Of a DNA stretch of 64,000 bases, positions 35,722-48,779 are shown piece by piece. Location: positions 66,278,001-66,342,000 of the forward strand of contig NC_043008.1 of assembly GCF_006345805.1 (NCBI RefSeq). Direction: 5' to 3'. The notes beneath the pieces were generated by a model. The model did not search any database, had not been told where the DNA came from, and worked only from the letters and a program-made list of their open reading frames with translations. Position 1 is the first letter of the stretch; the number at the start of each line of letters is the position of its first letter. The translations under genes and the position numbers were made by a program. Source of the stretch: Octopus sinensis. Taxonomy: Eukaryota.

Positions 35722-37814
35722 TCAAGGCAGCAAGCTGGCAGATGGGTTAGCACACTGGGTAGTATAATAAGCCGTGAAACACTGGGGTCAATGTAATCAA
35801 CTAGTCCCCTCCCCTTAGAAATTATTATTATTATTATTATTGTCATTACTGTTATTATCATAAGGGGTAAAACTGGCAGAATCATCAACGCATCAGACAA
35901 AAATGTTCAGTTGGCATTTCTTCCGGATCTTTACATTCTGGTTTCAAATCCCACCAAGGTCAACATTGTTTTCCACCCTCTAGGGGGCTGAGAAAATAAA
36001 GAAACCAGTCAAGTGTTGTGGGAGGCGGGGGTTGATGTAATCAACTTATACCCTTCCCCTAAAACTGCTGGCCTTCTGCCAAAATTTGAAACAGTTATTT
36101 TTAGCAGCAGTATTAGCATTATTATCTCTCTTGTTGTTGTTGTCGTTGTTGTTAATATCAGTTCAGTGATGTCATTGAAAACCTGAGTTTTAGTATTGGC
36201 CTGTGCCACATTCCTAGCAAAAACTTCTGATGATTCTTATTCCTCCACACCTTCCTATAACTAGAGCTGGCCCTCGCAGGATATTTTGGTGATGGTGGTG
36301 GATGGTGGGTGGTAACCGTAGTGGTGGTAACCGTAGTGGTGGTGGTGGTGGTGGTGGTGGTGGTGGTGATGGCAGGGTTTAATCCAAAATTAGAAGATAT
36401 TTCTAGTCAGAGGTGTCATGCATACTATTTATATATGTATGTATATGGGGTTGGTGAGGTATGTACATGCTGGGTATGTGTGTGTGAATGTGCTGCATGA
36501 GTGTGTGAGGTGTGTCTGTATGAGGTGTGACTATGTCTCATTCAGTCTGTCTGTTTCCTTCTCTCTCTCTCTCTCTCTATACATATATATATATGCATGA
36601 ATACATGTTTGTATATATACTCTCTTTACTCTCTTTTACATTGGGGAGCACCACCTTTAATTGAGCAAATCGATCCCAGGACTTATTCTTTGTAAGCCTA
36701 GTACTTATTCTATCAGTCTCTTTTGCTGAACCGCTAAGTTACAGGGGCGTAAACACACCAGCATCGGTTGTCAAGCGATGTTGGGGGGACAAACACAGAC
36801 ACACAAACACACACACATATATATATACACATATACATATATACGATGGGCTTCTTTCTAGCAAATCTACTCACACGGCTTTGGTCGACCTGAGGCTATA
36901 GTGGAAGACACTTGCCCAAGGTGCCACACAGTGGGACTGAACTCGGAACCATGTGGTTGGTAAGCAAGCTACTTACTACACAGCCACTCCTGCACCTATA
37001 TATATAAACATATGTATCTGCATATATATATACACACATGCACATATATATGTAAGTATGCACATGTGCATAAGTATGCATGTATGTGTGTGTGTATGCA
37101 TGTATGTGTGTGTTTGAGTGTACCCTTGTCTTGACAGCATGTAATGGTTGCAAATGAGCATAAATATCAGACACAAGATGGTGTTTGTCTTCCTGCCACT
37201 GATGGAAAACATGTCCAATCTGGGTGTGGTAAAATAAAGCCTTGCCTGGAAACTGCTGAGGGTTAGTGACAGGAAAGGCATCCGGCTGTAGAAAAATTAA
37301 TCTGCCTAAATAAATTTTGTCTGATCGATGCAAGCATGGAAAAGTAGACACTAAAATGATGATGATGATGATGATGATGTCACAAACATTTACATATACA
37401 TCTAAATATACATGTATATATAGATGTTGCTTTGTGGTAAGAAGTTTACTTCCAAACTACATGGTTCTGGTTTCAATCACAGTGATTAGCCCCTTGGGTA
37501 GGTGTCTTTTACTATACCCTCAAGCTAACCAGAACCTTGTCAGTAGATCTGGTAGAGGGAAACTGAAAGAAGCCCAATTGTATACACATATATATATATC
37601 AATGTTTCTTTTTATGTGCAATTATAATAAAAACAATTTTGCATTAATCTGACAGGTTAATCTTTACTTTTGTTGAGTACAAATCTACTATTCCTACACA
37701 AGAATATTGTTGACAGTGACTTCAAAGTCTCAGCCAGCCAAGCCAATGTCGGATGATGGCTTATGTGGCCAAAAACTTCAAAGTCACTGTCAATAACGTT
37801 TTTATATCCAGATA

Positions 37815-38820
37815 TAGGCACAGGAGTGGCTGTGTGGTAAGTTGCTTGTTTACGAACCACATGGTTAATCTTCATTCCCTTTACGTGGCACCTACTATAG
37901 CCTCGGGCTGACCAAAGCCTTGTGAGTGGATTTGGAAGAGAGAAACTGAAAGAAGCCTGTCGTATATATGTATATATATATGCTTGTGTGTCTGTGTTTG
38001 CCCCCCAACATCGCTTGACAACTGATGCTGGTGTGTTTACGTCCCTGTAACTTAGCAGTTCAGCAAAAGTACTAGGCTTACAAAGAATAAGTTCTGGGGT
38101 CGATATGCTTGACTAAAGGCAGTGCTCCAATATGGCCGCAGTCAAATGACTGAAACAAGTATAAGAGAGCAAAAGAGAATAATGTGTGTGTGTCTTCGTG
38201 TCTATTTTGTCCCCTACCAACACTTGACAACCAGTGTTGATGTGTTTACATCTCCATAACTTAGCAGTTCAGCTAAAGAAACCGATATACCAGGCTTAAA
38301 AAAAAGTACTGGGGTTGATTCATTTGACTAAGGTAGTGCTCCACCATGGCCACAGTCTAATGACTAAAACAAGTAAAAGATAAAAGAAAGATAAAATAAG
38401 CATATTTATATATATGTGCAGGAGTGGCTTTGTGGTAAGTAGCTTGCTTACCAACCACATAGTTCTAAGTTCAGTCCTAATGCATGGCACCTTGGGCAAG
38501 TGTCTTCTACTATTGCCTCAGGCCAACCAAATCCTTGTGAGTGGATTTGGTAGAGAGAAACTGAAAGAAGCCCACCATATATGTATGTATGAATGTATGT
38601 ATGTGTGTCTGTGTTTGCCTCCCTACCATTGCTTAACAACCGATATTGGTGCCGTTACATCCCCGTAACTTAGCAGTTCAACAAAAGAGACCGATAGAGT
38701 AAGTACTAGGCTTACAAAAAAAATAGGTCCTAGGGGTCAATATTTTCGACTAAATGTGGTGCTCTAGCATGGCCACAGTCCAGTGACTGAAACAAATAAA
38801 AAAATAAAATAGAATAAAAA
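37815..38820 (+). mobile_element. Cluster of three tandem family A SINEs (full, 3' half, full)
   Basis: Heads at ~37815 and ~38415; 3' ends at ~38175, ~38395 and ~38815. Confidence 0.85.
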
Positions 38821-39394
38821 TATATATTTGTGAGGTGTGCCTCAATATGTGAGCACACATGTGTATGAATGAAGAGTATGTATGAATGAAGAGTGTGTAT
38901 GAATGAGAGGGTGTGTATGTGTGTGAGAGAGAGAGAGAGGGAGGGAACGAGAGAGGTGTGTACTTTTATTTATAAATGTCTATAAATATGAGGTGTGTCT
39001 TCTGTGTGTGAAGTAGAGTGCACAACTATTCATATATCCATATGTGTGCCTGTATGCAGTTGTGTGTATATGTGTGTGCATCTGTATATACGTATGTATA
39101 ATTGTATGCATGTGTGTCAGTCATTGTATTTGTATGAGATATACGAGTGAGGATATTTGAGATTTGAGTACATCTATTTATATAGATCTATCAAGTTTAC
39201 TAAGATATAATCTTGAAATCTTGAACATATATATATATAGGTGCAGGCGTGGCTGTGTGATAAGAAGCTTGATTCCCAACTACATGGTTCCAGGTTCAGT
39301 CCCACTGCATGGGCAAGTGTCTTCTATTAAAGCCTAAGGGCGACCAAAGCCTTGTGAGTGGATTTGGTAGACGGAAACTGAAAGAAGCCCACCG

Positions 39395-39455
<61 letters not shown>

Positions 39456-39819
39456 TCATCATCATCATCGTCGTTTAACGTCCGTTCTCCATGCTAGCAT
39501 GGGTTGGACGGTTCGACCGGGGTTCTGGGAAGCCAGAAGGCTGCACCAGGCTCCAGTCTAATTTGGCAATGTTTCTACAGCTGGATGCCCTTCCTAACGC
39601 CAACCACTCCGTGAGTGTAGTGGGTGCTTTTTACGTGCCACCTGCATATATATATATATATATTATAGCCACATGGTTTCAGGTTCAGTGTCTTCTACTA
39701 TAACCCCGAGCTGACCGAAGCTTTGTGATTGAATTCGGTAGGCGGAAGTTACTGCCGTGTGTGCATATGTGCGTGTAGGTGCTCAGTGCCTCTCTGAAAG
39801 AGAGAGAGGGATATATATA

Positions 39820-39857
<38 letters not shown>

Positions 39858-39869
39858 TCTTTACTCTTT

Positions 39870-40268
39870 ACTCTTTACTCTTTTACTTGTTTCAGTCATT
39901 TGACTGCGGCCATGCTGGAGCACCGCCTTTAATCGAGCAAACTCGACCCCGGAACTTATTCTATTGTAAGCCCAGTACTTATTCTATCGGTCTCTTTTGC
40001 CGAACCGCTAAGTGACGGGGACACAAACACACCAGCATCTGTTGTCAAGCAATGCTATGGGGACAAACACAGACACACAAACACACACTCGCATACATAT
40101 ATATATATATATATATATACGACGGGCTTCTTTCAGTTTCCGTCTACCAAATCCACTCACAAGGCATTGGTCGGCCCGAGGCTATAGTAGAAGACACTTG
40201 CCCAAGGTGCCACACAGTGGGACTGAACCCGGAACCATGTGGTTGGTAGACAGGCTACTTACCACACA

Positions 40269-40272
<4 letters not shown>
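39870..40272 (-). mobile_element. Young full-length family A SINE with (CTTTTA)n-like tail
   Basis: Close match to the copy at 8136-8528. Confidence 0.9.
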
Positions 40273-40314
<42 letters not shown>

Positions 40315-40534
40315 CACACACACATATATATCTAAATATATATACATGTCTGTTTGTGTGTTTGTATGTGTGTATTTGTGTGTCTGTGTTTGCCCCCCCC
40401 CCACCAATGTTGGTGCGTTTACATCCCCGTTATTTAGCAGTTCGGCAAAAGAGTCTGATAGCATTAAGGTTGTCCACATAGTGGTCATCCCTCTTATATA
40501 TATGTATGTATGTATATATATATATGTGTGTGTT

Positions 40535-40566
<32 letters not shown>

Positions 40567-40796
40567 CGTGTGTATAAATAAGTAAAAACCTCACCAAAAC
40601 AGACAATAGCCTGGAGTAGTCTTTTACCTGGCTGGCTCCTGTCAGACAGTCAGACCCAAACCTGCATGGAAGATAGACATTAAACAATGGTGATGATGAT
40701 GATGATATATACGTAAGGTAATACTTATCCTGCACTTAACAAAGAACATACAATACTGCGTTATATGTTATCAATGCAACACTGCACCCTTTATAT

Positions 40797-41199
40797 ACAA
40801 CTAGCAGTATCGCCCGGCGTTGCTCGGGTTTGTAAGGGAAATAACTATATAAGCATTTTTAGAGAGTTATAGCCAAAAAATAGCAAAAAAAATGCACTAA
40901 AAATGGAAAAAAAATGATGATAAATTTTTTTTAAATCGTTGACTCATCGTAGACATTTTTAGAGAGTTACTTCCCTTATATAATAGCAAAAAAAATGCAT
41001 TAAAATGGAAAAAATGATGGTAAATTTTTTTTTAAATTGTAGACTCATCATAGACGTGCGCTATTACCCAGAAGGGCTCGATATGAATCACGACTATAAG
41101 ATACCCGGTTTTGGTTAAACTGCACTGCAAAATGTGGGAATAGTTAGGAATCTAAATCGTAGGAGACAGACACACAACTTGATTTTTATATATAAAGAT
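40797..41199 (+). mobile_element. Non-autonomous Helitron/Helentron-like (Lep1/DINE-type) element
   Basis: 5' AACTAGC...CGCCCGGCGTTGCTCGGG hairpin, 3' GACAGACACAC...TTTTATATATAAAGAT, and an internal ~100-bp tandem duplication. The family assignment is recalled from the known architecture. Confidence 0.6.
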
Positions 41200-41520
41200 A
41201 TATATTGCCAGTAGGGGGGAATGAACCCCTACCATCCTCCAGTAGACAACAGGAATCACGAGACTGACTCAGTTTCAAGCTGTTTGGCTCATCCTCAATC
41301 ATGAACATCCAGCCCCTAGAGCGATAGCCAGGGTTTGTTCCATCAAAGTGACCATAAGTCACTGATTTGCAACAAGCCAAATAGCTAGTTGTAAAATCTC
41401 AAGAAGAGGTCAGGGTAGTAACTGTACTAAAAAGTAAAGTCAATCACCATGTCAAAGTGACTGCTCCATGTTACTAGTAGCTTAACCCAAGGCAGATTGT
41501 CTGCCAGCTGGTTATCACAC
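41200..41520 (-). mobile_element. Second, differently permuted copy of the retrozyme-like element (R 3' part, I, R 5' part)
   Basis: Reverse-strand homology to 31586-31830, plus the R segment at 41430-41520. Confidence 0.7.
41257..41303 (-). ncRNA. Type I HHR (C3-to-U variant)
   Basis: CAUGA-UUGAGGA-U-GAGC(CAAACA)GCUU-GAAA-CUGAGUCAGU-C-UCGUG, with a 5-bp stem I and stem III ACUG/CAGU. Confidence 0.78.
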
Positions 41521-41662
41521 ACACACACACACACACATATGCATATAGACAGGTCAATAGAGAGAGTGAGGGACAGACAGACAGACAGACACACATACAC
41601 ACTCACAAGCAAACACACAGACATACAGACAGATATACACATATATACATACATATACACTT

Positions 41663-41699
<37 letters not shown>

Positions 41700-41934
41700 C
41701 ATTAATATTTATAGATATAGCTGTATATATTTTTACTCTTTCCTTGTCTCATATTCCCTTTCTTTCCTTGTCTTACACACTGATATACTGATGTATTAAT
41801 ATTCACACATATATACACACACATTTACAAGTATATATATATACTCACAGCTAATGTATTTCCATAAATTCCACCAACTGAAGCAGAGCAATCCATCTTA
41901 TCAAGGAAGGAAAACATAGATAGATAGACAGATA

Positions 41935-41986
<52 letters not shown>

Positions 41987-42866
41987 TCCAAGACCCCTAA
42001 TAAGTTACCAGCTCCCTAATAAATATGTATATGTTCTTGTTGCTCTTGTTGAACAGACAAGTTCTCACCACTCTGCGTCTATCTTAATATCTTATCATCA
42101 CATGTGCTCAGTCCAATGTGATTAATTTCAACTGATAGACACACACAAACACACACAAATACATACATACGTGCTAATGTGTATGTATACGTGTGTATGT
42201 GTGTGTGTATTTGTATGTGTATATATAAATATAAAGAGTTAGAGAGATAGATAAAAAGATTGATACACACATACACACACATGCACATACATACATACAT
42301 ACATACATACATACACACACATATCATCATCATCCACCCTATTTGCCCTCCACATCATCATCACCACCACCACCACCACTACACCACCATCACCATCACC
42401 ACCATCACCATCACCACCTTCACCATCACCACCATCACCATCAACACATCCTTATTCATCATCATCATCAACGTTGTTGTTGTCATCATCATCAGTGTCA
42501 ACATCCTCCGCTTCCTCCTTCTGTTCCTCATCATAGTTGTTGTCAATGTAATTCTTGTTTTCTTCCTCCTCTTCCTCGTCGTCCTCCCCCTCCCCCTCAT
42601 CGTCGTTCACTTGCACCAGCTGGGTAGTTATTTGAGGTAAATTTTCTACAGCTGGATGCCCTTCCTGTCACCAACCCTCACCTGTTTCCAAGCAAGGTTG
42701 ATATCTTCCCCATGACCAGACATGGATCTCCCAGAGCATTGGAAATGAATGACACTGCTTGTATGACTGAGACATTCATTTACAACTATCACACATTGTC
42801 AAGACAAAGGGACACAAATACACATACATATAAAATATACACACAATCACACACACACACACACAC

Positions 42867-42966
<100 letters not shown>

Positions 42967-43329
42967 AAAGTACCCATGTTGTGCCACATAAAAGCATCCA
43001 TACAGTGCTACATAAAAGTGCCCATGCAGCACCACATAAAAGCAGATTAGCAAGGCAACCAATGGTTTTCTGCAGAAGAGATCTCCACAATTTTTCAAGC
43101 AAACCCCTTGGGAATGTTGGCACTGATCTCCAAAATGGAAATGTGTACTTTGTTAATCTACAAATAAAGTATATATGCATATAGGCACATACTTATATGT
43201 ACACACACGCACACACTCACACACATGTATCCACTAGATTATCATATGTCGAAGCTGTGGTTATACCTCTGTATGTTATTACAAACATAAATCTTTAAAT
43301 TTTAAAACTGTTGACACATGCTTCCTTTT

Positions 43330-43657
43330 CCTTTCCATGATGATGATGATCATCATCATCATCGTTTAGCGTCCTCCTCCCCTTCATTATCATCATCATC
43401 ATTGTCATCACGACTATACCAACACAACTGCTTCCATCACTACAACCATCAACATCAACACCACCCTATTCATCCTCCTCCTCCTCACCACCACCACCAC
43501 CACCACCACTACATCATCATCACCACAATCATCAACATCAACACCACTCTATTTGTCCCCCTCGTCATCATTGTCACCACTACCACCACACCACCATCGC
43601 CATCATCACCATCACCACCATCACCATCAACACATCCTTATTCATCATCATCACCGC

Positions 43658-43688
<31 letters not shown>

Positions 43689-44800
43689 GTTGTTGTCATC
43701 ATCATCAGTGTCAACATCTTCCACATCCTCCTTCTTCCGTGTCTCTTCCTCCTCATCCCTATCATCATCATAGTTGTTGTCAACGTGATTCTTGTCTTCC
43801 TCCTCCTCACCCTCATCGTAATCATCATCATCATCATCATTGTCACCACTACCACCACCGACACTTCTTAAAAGAACTGTCACCACGATGACAATCACCA
43901 CCACCACCACCACCACCAGCAAACTATCTTCCCTGCCACCACCACCACCACCACCACCACCACCACCACTACCATCAACTTCATCATTAACAATATCAAC
44001 AACAACAACAATCACAGCTGCTGTGTGCACCACTGCAAAGACAGCAGTAACAGTTGCAGTAGCTGCTAGTGCAGCAGCCATACCACAAAGCTGCAGATTT
44101 CCTATTACTACTAATAACGACAGCAACAACAACAATTGCAACAACAATAATATCTGTACCAACCGCAACTGTAACAACAACAACAACAACAGTGTCATCT
44201 GGATTGATGACAACGACGACAACAACGACAACGATGACGGCAATGACAACAACATTTGTAACAAGCATAGTAGCATCTGTAGCAGCTACAACTATAACAA
44301 CAACAGGAAGACGATCTGTAGCTATAACAACAACAACAACAATAACAACAGCTGTTGCAACCATGGCTACAACGATAACAATAACAAGCATCACAACGAC
44401 ATCTGCAGCAGTCACAATGACAACAACAACATCAACAGTGATCACAACAACAACAACAGCAACACAACTACAGCTGATCACAACTAATAACGTTAGTAGG
44501 TAGCTGCAACAACAACAGCAGCAACAACAACAACAACAACAACAGCAACAGCAACAACAACAACAACAACACTGGCTACAGCATCTGTAACAGGTACAGC
44601 TACAGCAGCAGCAGCAGAAGTAGCAGCAGCAACTACAACAGCAACACCTGAAGTGACAACCAGTTGGTGCAACAGCAACAACAACAAATTATATATCTAG
44701 CAAACCATATTTGCAACGGTATCAACATTTGCAGTAAATGTTGCCACACACTACTTACTACTACTACTACTACTACTACACTGGAAAAAAAGACTTCCTG
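43330..44800. repeat. Long trinucleotide low-complexity block (ATC/ACC/AAC/AGC)
   Basis: Directly visible; it explains the ORFs at 43318-44687. Confidence 0.92.
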
Positions 44801-45985
44801 AGAGAGAGACAACCACGCACAGAGAAAAAGAGAGATACACACAAAGAGAGGAAGAGACAGTAGGAAAAAGTGAGAAACACACACACAGAAAGAAAAAGAA
44901 AGAGAGAGTGAGAGAGAAACAAACACACACAGAAAGAGAAAGTAAGAGAGAGAGAGGCAGAAAAATTAGGAGACGCACACACAGAAAGAGAGGCAGAGAA
45001 AGTAAGAAAGAGTGAGAGAGAGACAGACAGACAGAGAGATATATTGAGAGTTATGTAAATTTGATCAAAATGATGGGAGTGAGTGGGTGAGTACAAAAAT
45101 AACAAAGGGTGAGAGATAGTTGGGGTGGAAGTGAAGGGTGAGGCTGCGAGTGGGTCAGAGGGGCTAGAGGTGCATTGTGACATTTAAGTTTGGATTTATG
45201 GGAAGAAGTGGAGGCACGTGGCTTAGTGGTTAGGGTGTCAGCATCATGATTGTAAGATTGTGGTTTCGATTCCTGGACCGGGCGACATGTTGTGTTCTTT
45301 AGCAAAACACTTAATTTCTCATTGTTCCAGTCCACTCAGCTGGCAAAAATGAGTAATGCTGTGATGGACTGGCGTCCCGTCCAGCTGGGGAACACATACA
45401 CCACTGAAACCGGGAAACCGGGCCCATGAGCCTGGCTAGGCTTTAGAAGGGCACATTTATTTTTTTATATTTATATGGGAAATAGGTTGCTGAATGGGAT
45501 GTTGTGAGGTTTATGACCTCCTCTTACCTCAGCTGTTCTCCTCATTTACCAATAAGTATACATATATGTAATTATAACTTTTGCACCCAGTAAGCTCAGT
45601 TTCAGAGATGAGCTTAGAGATGAAACAATCCTTTCTTTTATTATATATCTATATCTAAGGTGGTGAAATGACAGAAACATTAGTATGCTGGGCAAAATAC
45701 TTTGTGGCTTTTGTCCATCTTTACATTCTGAGTTCAAATTTTACTTCGGTCAATTTTGCCTTACATCCTTTCGGGGTCGATGAAATATGTACCAGTCAAA
45801 TACTGGAGGGAAGTGGGGGTCGATGTAATTGACTAAACCCCTCCCCACAAATTTCAGGCCTTGGTATATTTATATCTATTACTTGTGTTGCTTCACCTTT
45901 TCTTCTCCTATACTCCAAGAGGATTAAAAAAAAACTGAGAAAACATGAATGGATAAAGTAAGCATTTAGCATACACACACACACA

Positions 45986-46206
45986 CAGAGGAAGGGTGAT
46001 GGAAAGTTCCTGGCTTTGGGTAAAAGAAAATGCAGGAGAATCAGTTAACTATGATTTTATTGAACATATTCTCCTCTCAGATTCACCCACGTATTGCAGT
46101 GGTCTTTCAGCTTTTCTAAGCCCTTTAAAAGAACTTGGAAGGTTGGATCTCCAACCAGGCCTTTTGTGAAAGCTTTAAAGCCAGGAAATTTTCAGCACTC
46201 TCTTGT
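45986..46206. mobile_element. mariner-type MITE
   Basis: Imperfect TIRs GAGGAAGGGTGATGGAAAGTTCCTGGCTTT and AAAGCCAGGAAATTTTCAGCACTCTCTTGT. Confidence 0.6.
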
Positions 46207-46224
46207 CCATGTATATATATATAT

Positions 46225-46345
46225 ATATATAAAATATTATTAGAGACAAAACCACTATTTTGCAAAACAAACAAGGAAAGACTTAAAGTCTTTCCTTGTT
46301 TGTTTTGCAAAATAGTGGTTTTGTCTCTAATAATATTTTATATAT
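46225..46345. repeat. Perfect palindrome, 60-bp arms with a 1-nt spacer
   Basis: Checked base by base around the centre at 46285; the outer ends run into (TA)n. Confidence 0.95.
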
Positions 46346-46450
46346 TTTACTATAAAATTGGATTTAATCCTAAATCTGATTTTTCCCTGTAAATTTGGAT
46401 TTATTCCCTAATATTTATTATTTATATATATATATATAATATATATATAT

Positions 46451-48408
46451 AGGAGATAAATAAAAATATATGCATACATACAAACATATATGTACGTACC
46501 TACATCTACATGTATATATACATGCATATATAAATAATTATACGGAAGTACAGGACATCACAATAAGACGTAGAAACAGAAAAAGCCAAAAAACAAAAAA
46601 CAAAGAAAACGGAAAACGAAAAACAAATACAGGACAGGTTACACAAGGACAAAACCCCCGTCATCAGCTGTCGCTAGAGGAGTCAGGCATGTTTCGAAGG
46701 CATAACAGAACACTAATCCAATAGGCCTTCCTGCGAGAGAATTAAAATAAAATTTCAAGCAGCGGGGCACAATGAGTACGAACACAAACAAGACGTAACA
46801 ATAAGACTGCAAAATTAAAATACATGTACAAAAACAAACACAAGAGGACGAACGAAAAAGCCTTTTTTCTGGCATAGACAAACAATAAAACTGCAAAAAT
46901 AAAAATACATGTACAAAAAGTACAATTAGTTACAAAACGAGAAAATAACAAGAATACTATACAGGAAATTAACCACACAAGGGGACGAACGAAGAAGCCT
47001 TTTGCTGGCAAGGACGAAAGTGTAGTAGCAGCGCGTGGAGGCAGTCTTTTCAATAGTGGTAACCACGTGTAAAGGAATTTTGTTTTATAGGCAAGGAACA
47101 GGGAAGGAGGAGGGGGACACGCGGCGAAGAGAGAGGAGGAGGGGGAGGGAGAAAGATTGAAGAGGTTAAAGCAAAGGGAGAGAGTACCGCATCTCAATAT
47201 AATAATATTAATATAAAAAAGGGGACCAAGAAGTGGATCGAAACGACGAATCGGAACGAACCTGATGCGGGGCGCTGTCAGACAATAAGGAGATAAATAA
47301 AAATATATGCATACGTACAAACATATATGTACGTACCTACATCTACATGTATATATACATGCATATATAAATAATTATACGGAAGTACAGGACATCACAA
47401 TAAGACGTAGAAACAGAAAAAGCCAAAAAACAAAAAACAAAGAAAACGGAAAACGAAAAACAAATACAGGACAGGTTACACAAGGACAAAACCCCCGTCA
47501 TCAGCTGTCGCTAGAGGAGTCAGGCATGTTTCGAAGGCATAACAGAACACTAATCCAATAGGCCTTCCTGCGAGAGAATTAAAATAAAATTTCAAGCAGC
47601 GGGGCACAATGAGTACGAACACAAACAAGACGTAACAATAAGACTGCAAAATTAAAATACATGTACAAAAACAAACACAAGAGGACGAACGAAAAAGCCT
47701 TTTTTCTGGCATAGACAAACAATAAAACTGCAAAAATAAAAATACATGTACAAAAAGTACAATTAGTTACAAAACGAGAAAATAACAAGAATACTATACA
47801 GGAAATTAACCACACAAGGGGACGAACGAAGAAGCCTTTTGCTGGCAAGGACGAAAGTGTAGTAGCAGCGCGTGGAGGCAGTCTTTTCAATAGTGGTAAC
47901 CACGTGTAAAGGAATTTTGTTTTATAGGCAAGGAACAGGGAAGGAGGAGGGGGACACGCGGCGAAGAGAGAGGAGGAGGGGGAGGGAGAAAGATTGAAGA
48001 GGTTAAAGCAAAGGGAGAGAGTACCGCATCTTCAATATAATAATATTAATATAAAAAAAGGGGACCAAGAAGTGGATCGAAACGACGAATCGGAACGAAC
48101 CTGATGCGGGGCGCTGTCAGACAATAAGGAGATAAATAAAAATATATGCATACGTACAAACATATATGTACGTACCTACATCTACATGTATATATACATG
48201 CATATATAAATAATTATACGGAAGTACAGGACATCACAATAAGACGTAGAAACAGAAAAAGCCAAAAAACAAAAAACAAAGAAAACGGAAAACGAAAAAC
48301 AAATACAGGACAGGTTACACAAGGACAAAACCCCCGTCATCAGCTGTCGCTAGAGGAGTCAGGCATGTTTCGAAGGCATAACAGAACACTAATCCAATAG
48401 GCCTTCCT
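46451..48408 (-). mobile_element. Young tandem array: 2.3 copies of an 837-839-bp Penelope-like/retrozyme-like unit inserted in (TA)n
   Basis: Unit starts at 46451, 47288 and 48127 (AGGAGATAAATAAAAATATATG). The copies differ at only a few positions, and both ends abut (TA)n. Confidence 0.75.
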
Positions 48409-48423
48409 ATATATATATATATA

Positions 48424-48560
48424 GGTAAACAGTAAAATTAAATACAGACATGGACAAGAACATGAAACACCACAGAGACGACACAAGAACCACAGGACGG
48501 GACATTCGAAGCCCTCAGTCATCAGTCAAGAACCAGATCATCTTAGCAATTTCGGCTGAT
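48424..48560 (-). mobile_element. Truncated diverged copy of the 251-1225 family
   Basis: GACATTCGAAGCCCTCAGTCATCAGTCAAGAACCAGATCATCTTAGCAATTTCGGCTGAT then (TA)n. Confidence 0.75.
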
Positions 48561-48574
48561 ATATATGTGTGTGT

Positions 48575-48750
48575 GTGTGCCAACAGGCAGAGGTTTAAGA
48601 TGTTTCACCATGCCATTCTGAATAGGAAACCCAACACCTGCCTCTTTCTTTACTTCTTGAGGCTTACCCATCAAGAAAAAAGTGTATCCACCATCAACTT
48701 TCTGTAGCTGACTACAGTCTGCTAATCTGAGCTTGTTCATCAGCCTATTC
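48575..48750 (-). pseudogene. RTE (BovB-like) endonuclease fragment
   Basis: LRLADCSQLQKVDGGYTFFLMGKPQEVKKEAGVGFPIQN...LKPLPVG. Confidence 0.8.
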
Positions 48751-48779
48751 GTGACCATTTTCCTGCTGTTGCCTCCACT

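Noticed and set aside
46470-48400. Identical 84-aa ORF three times
   Set aside because: It results from the 837-bp tandem and is A-rich with no recognisable motif.
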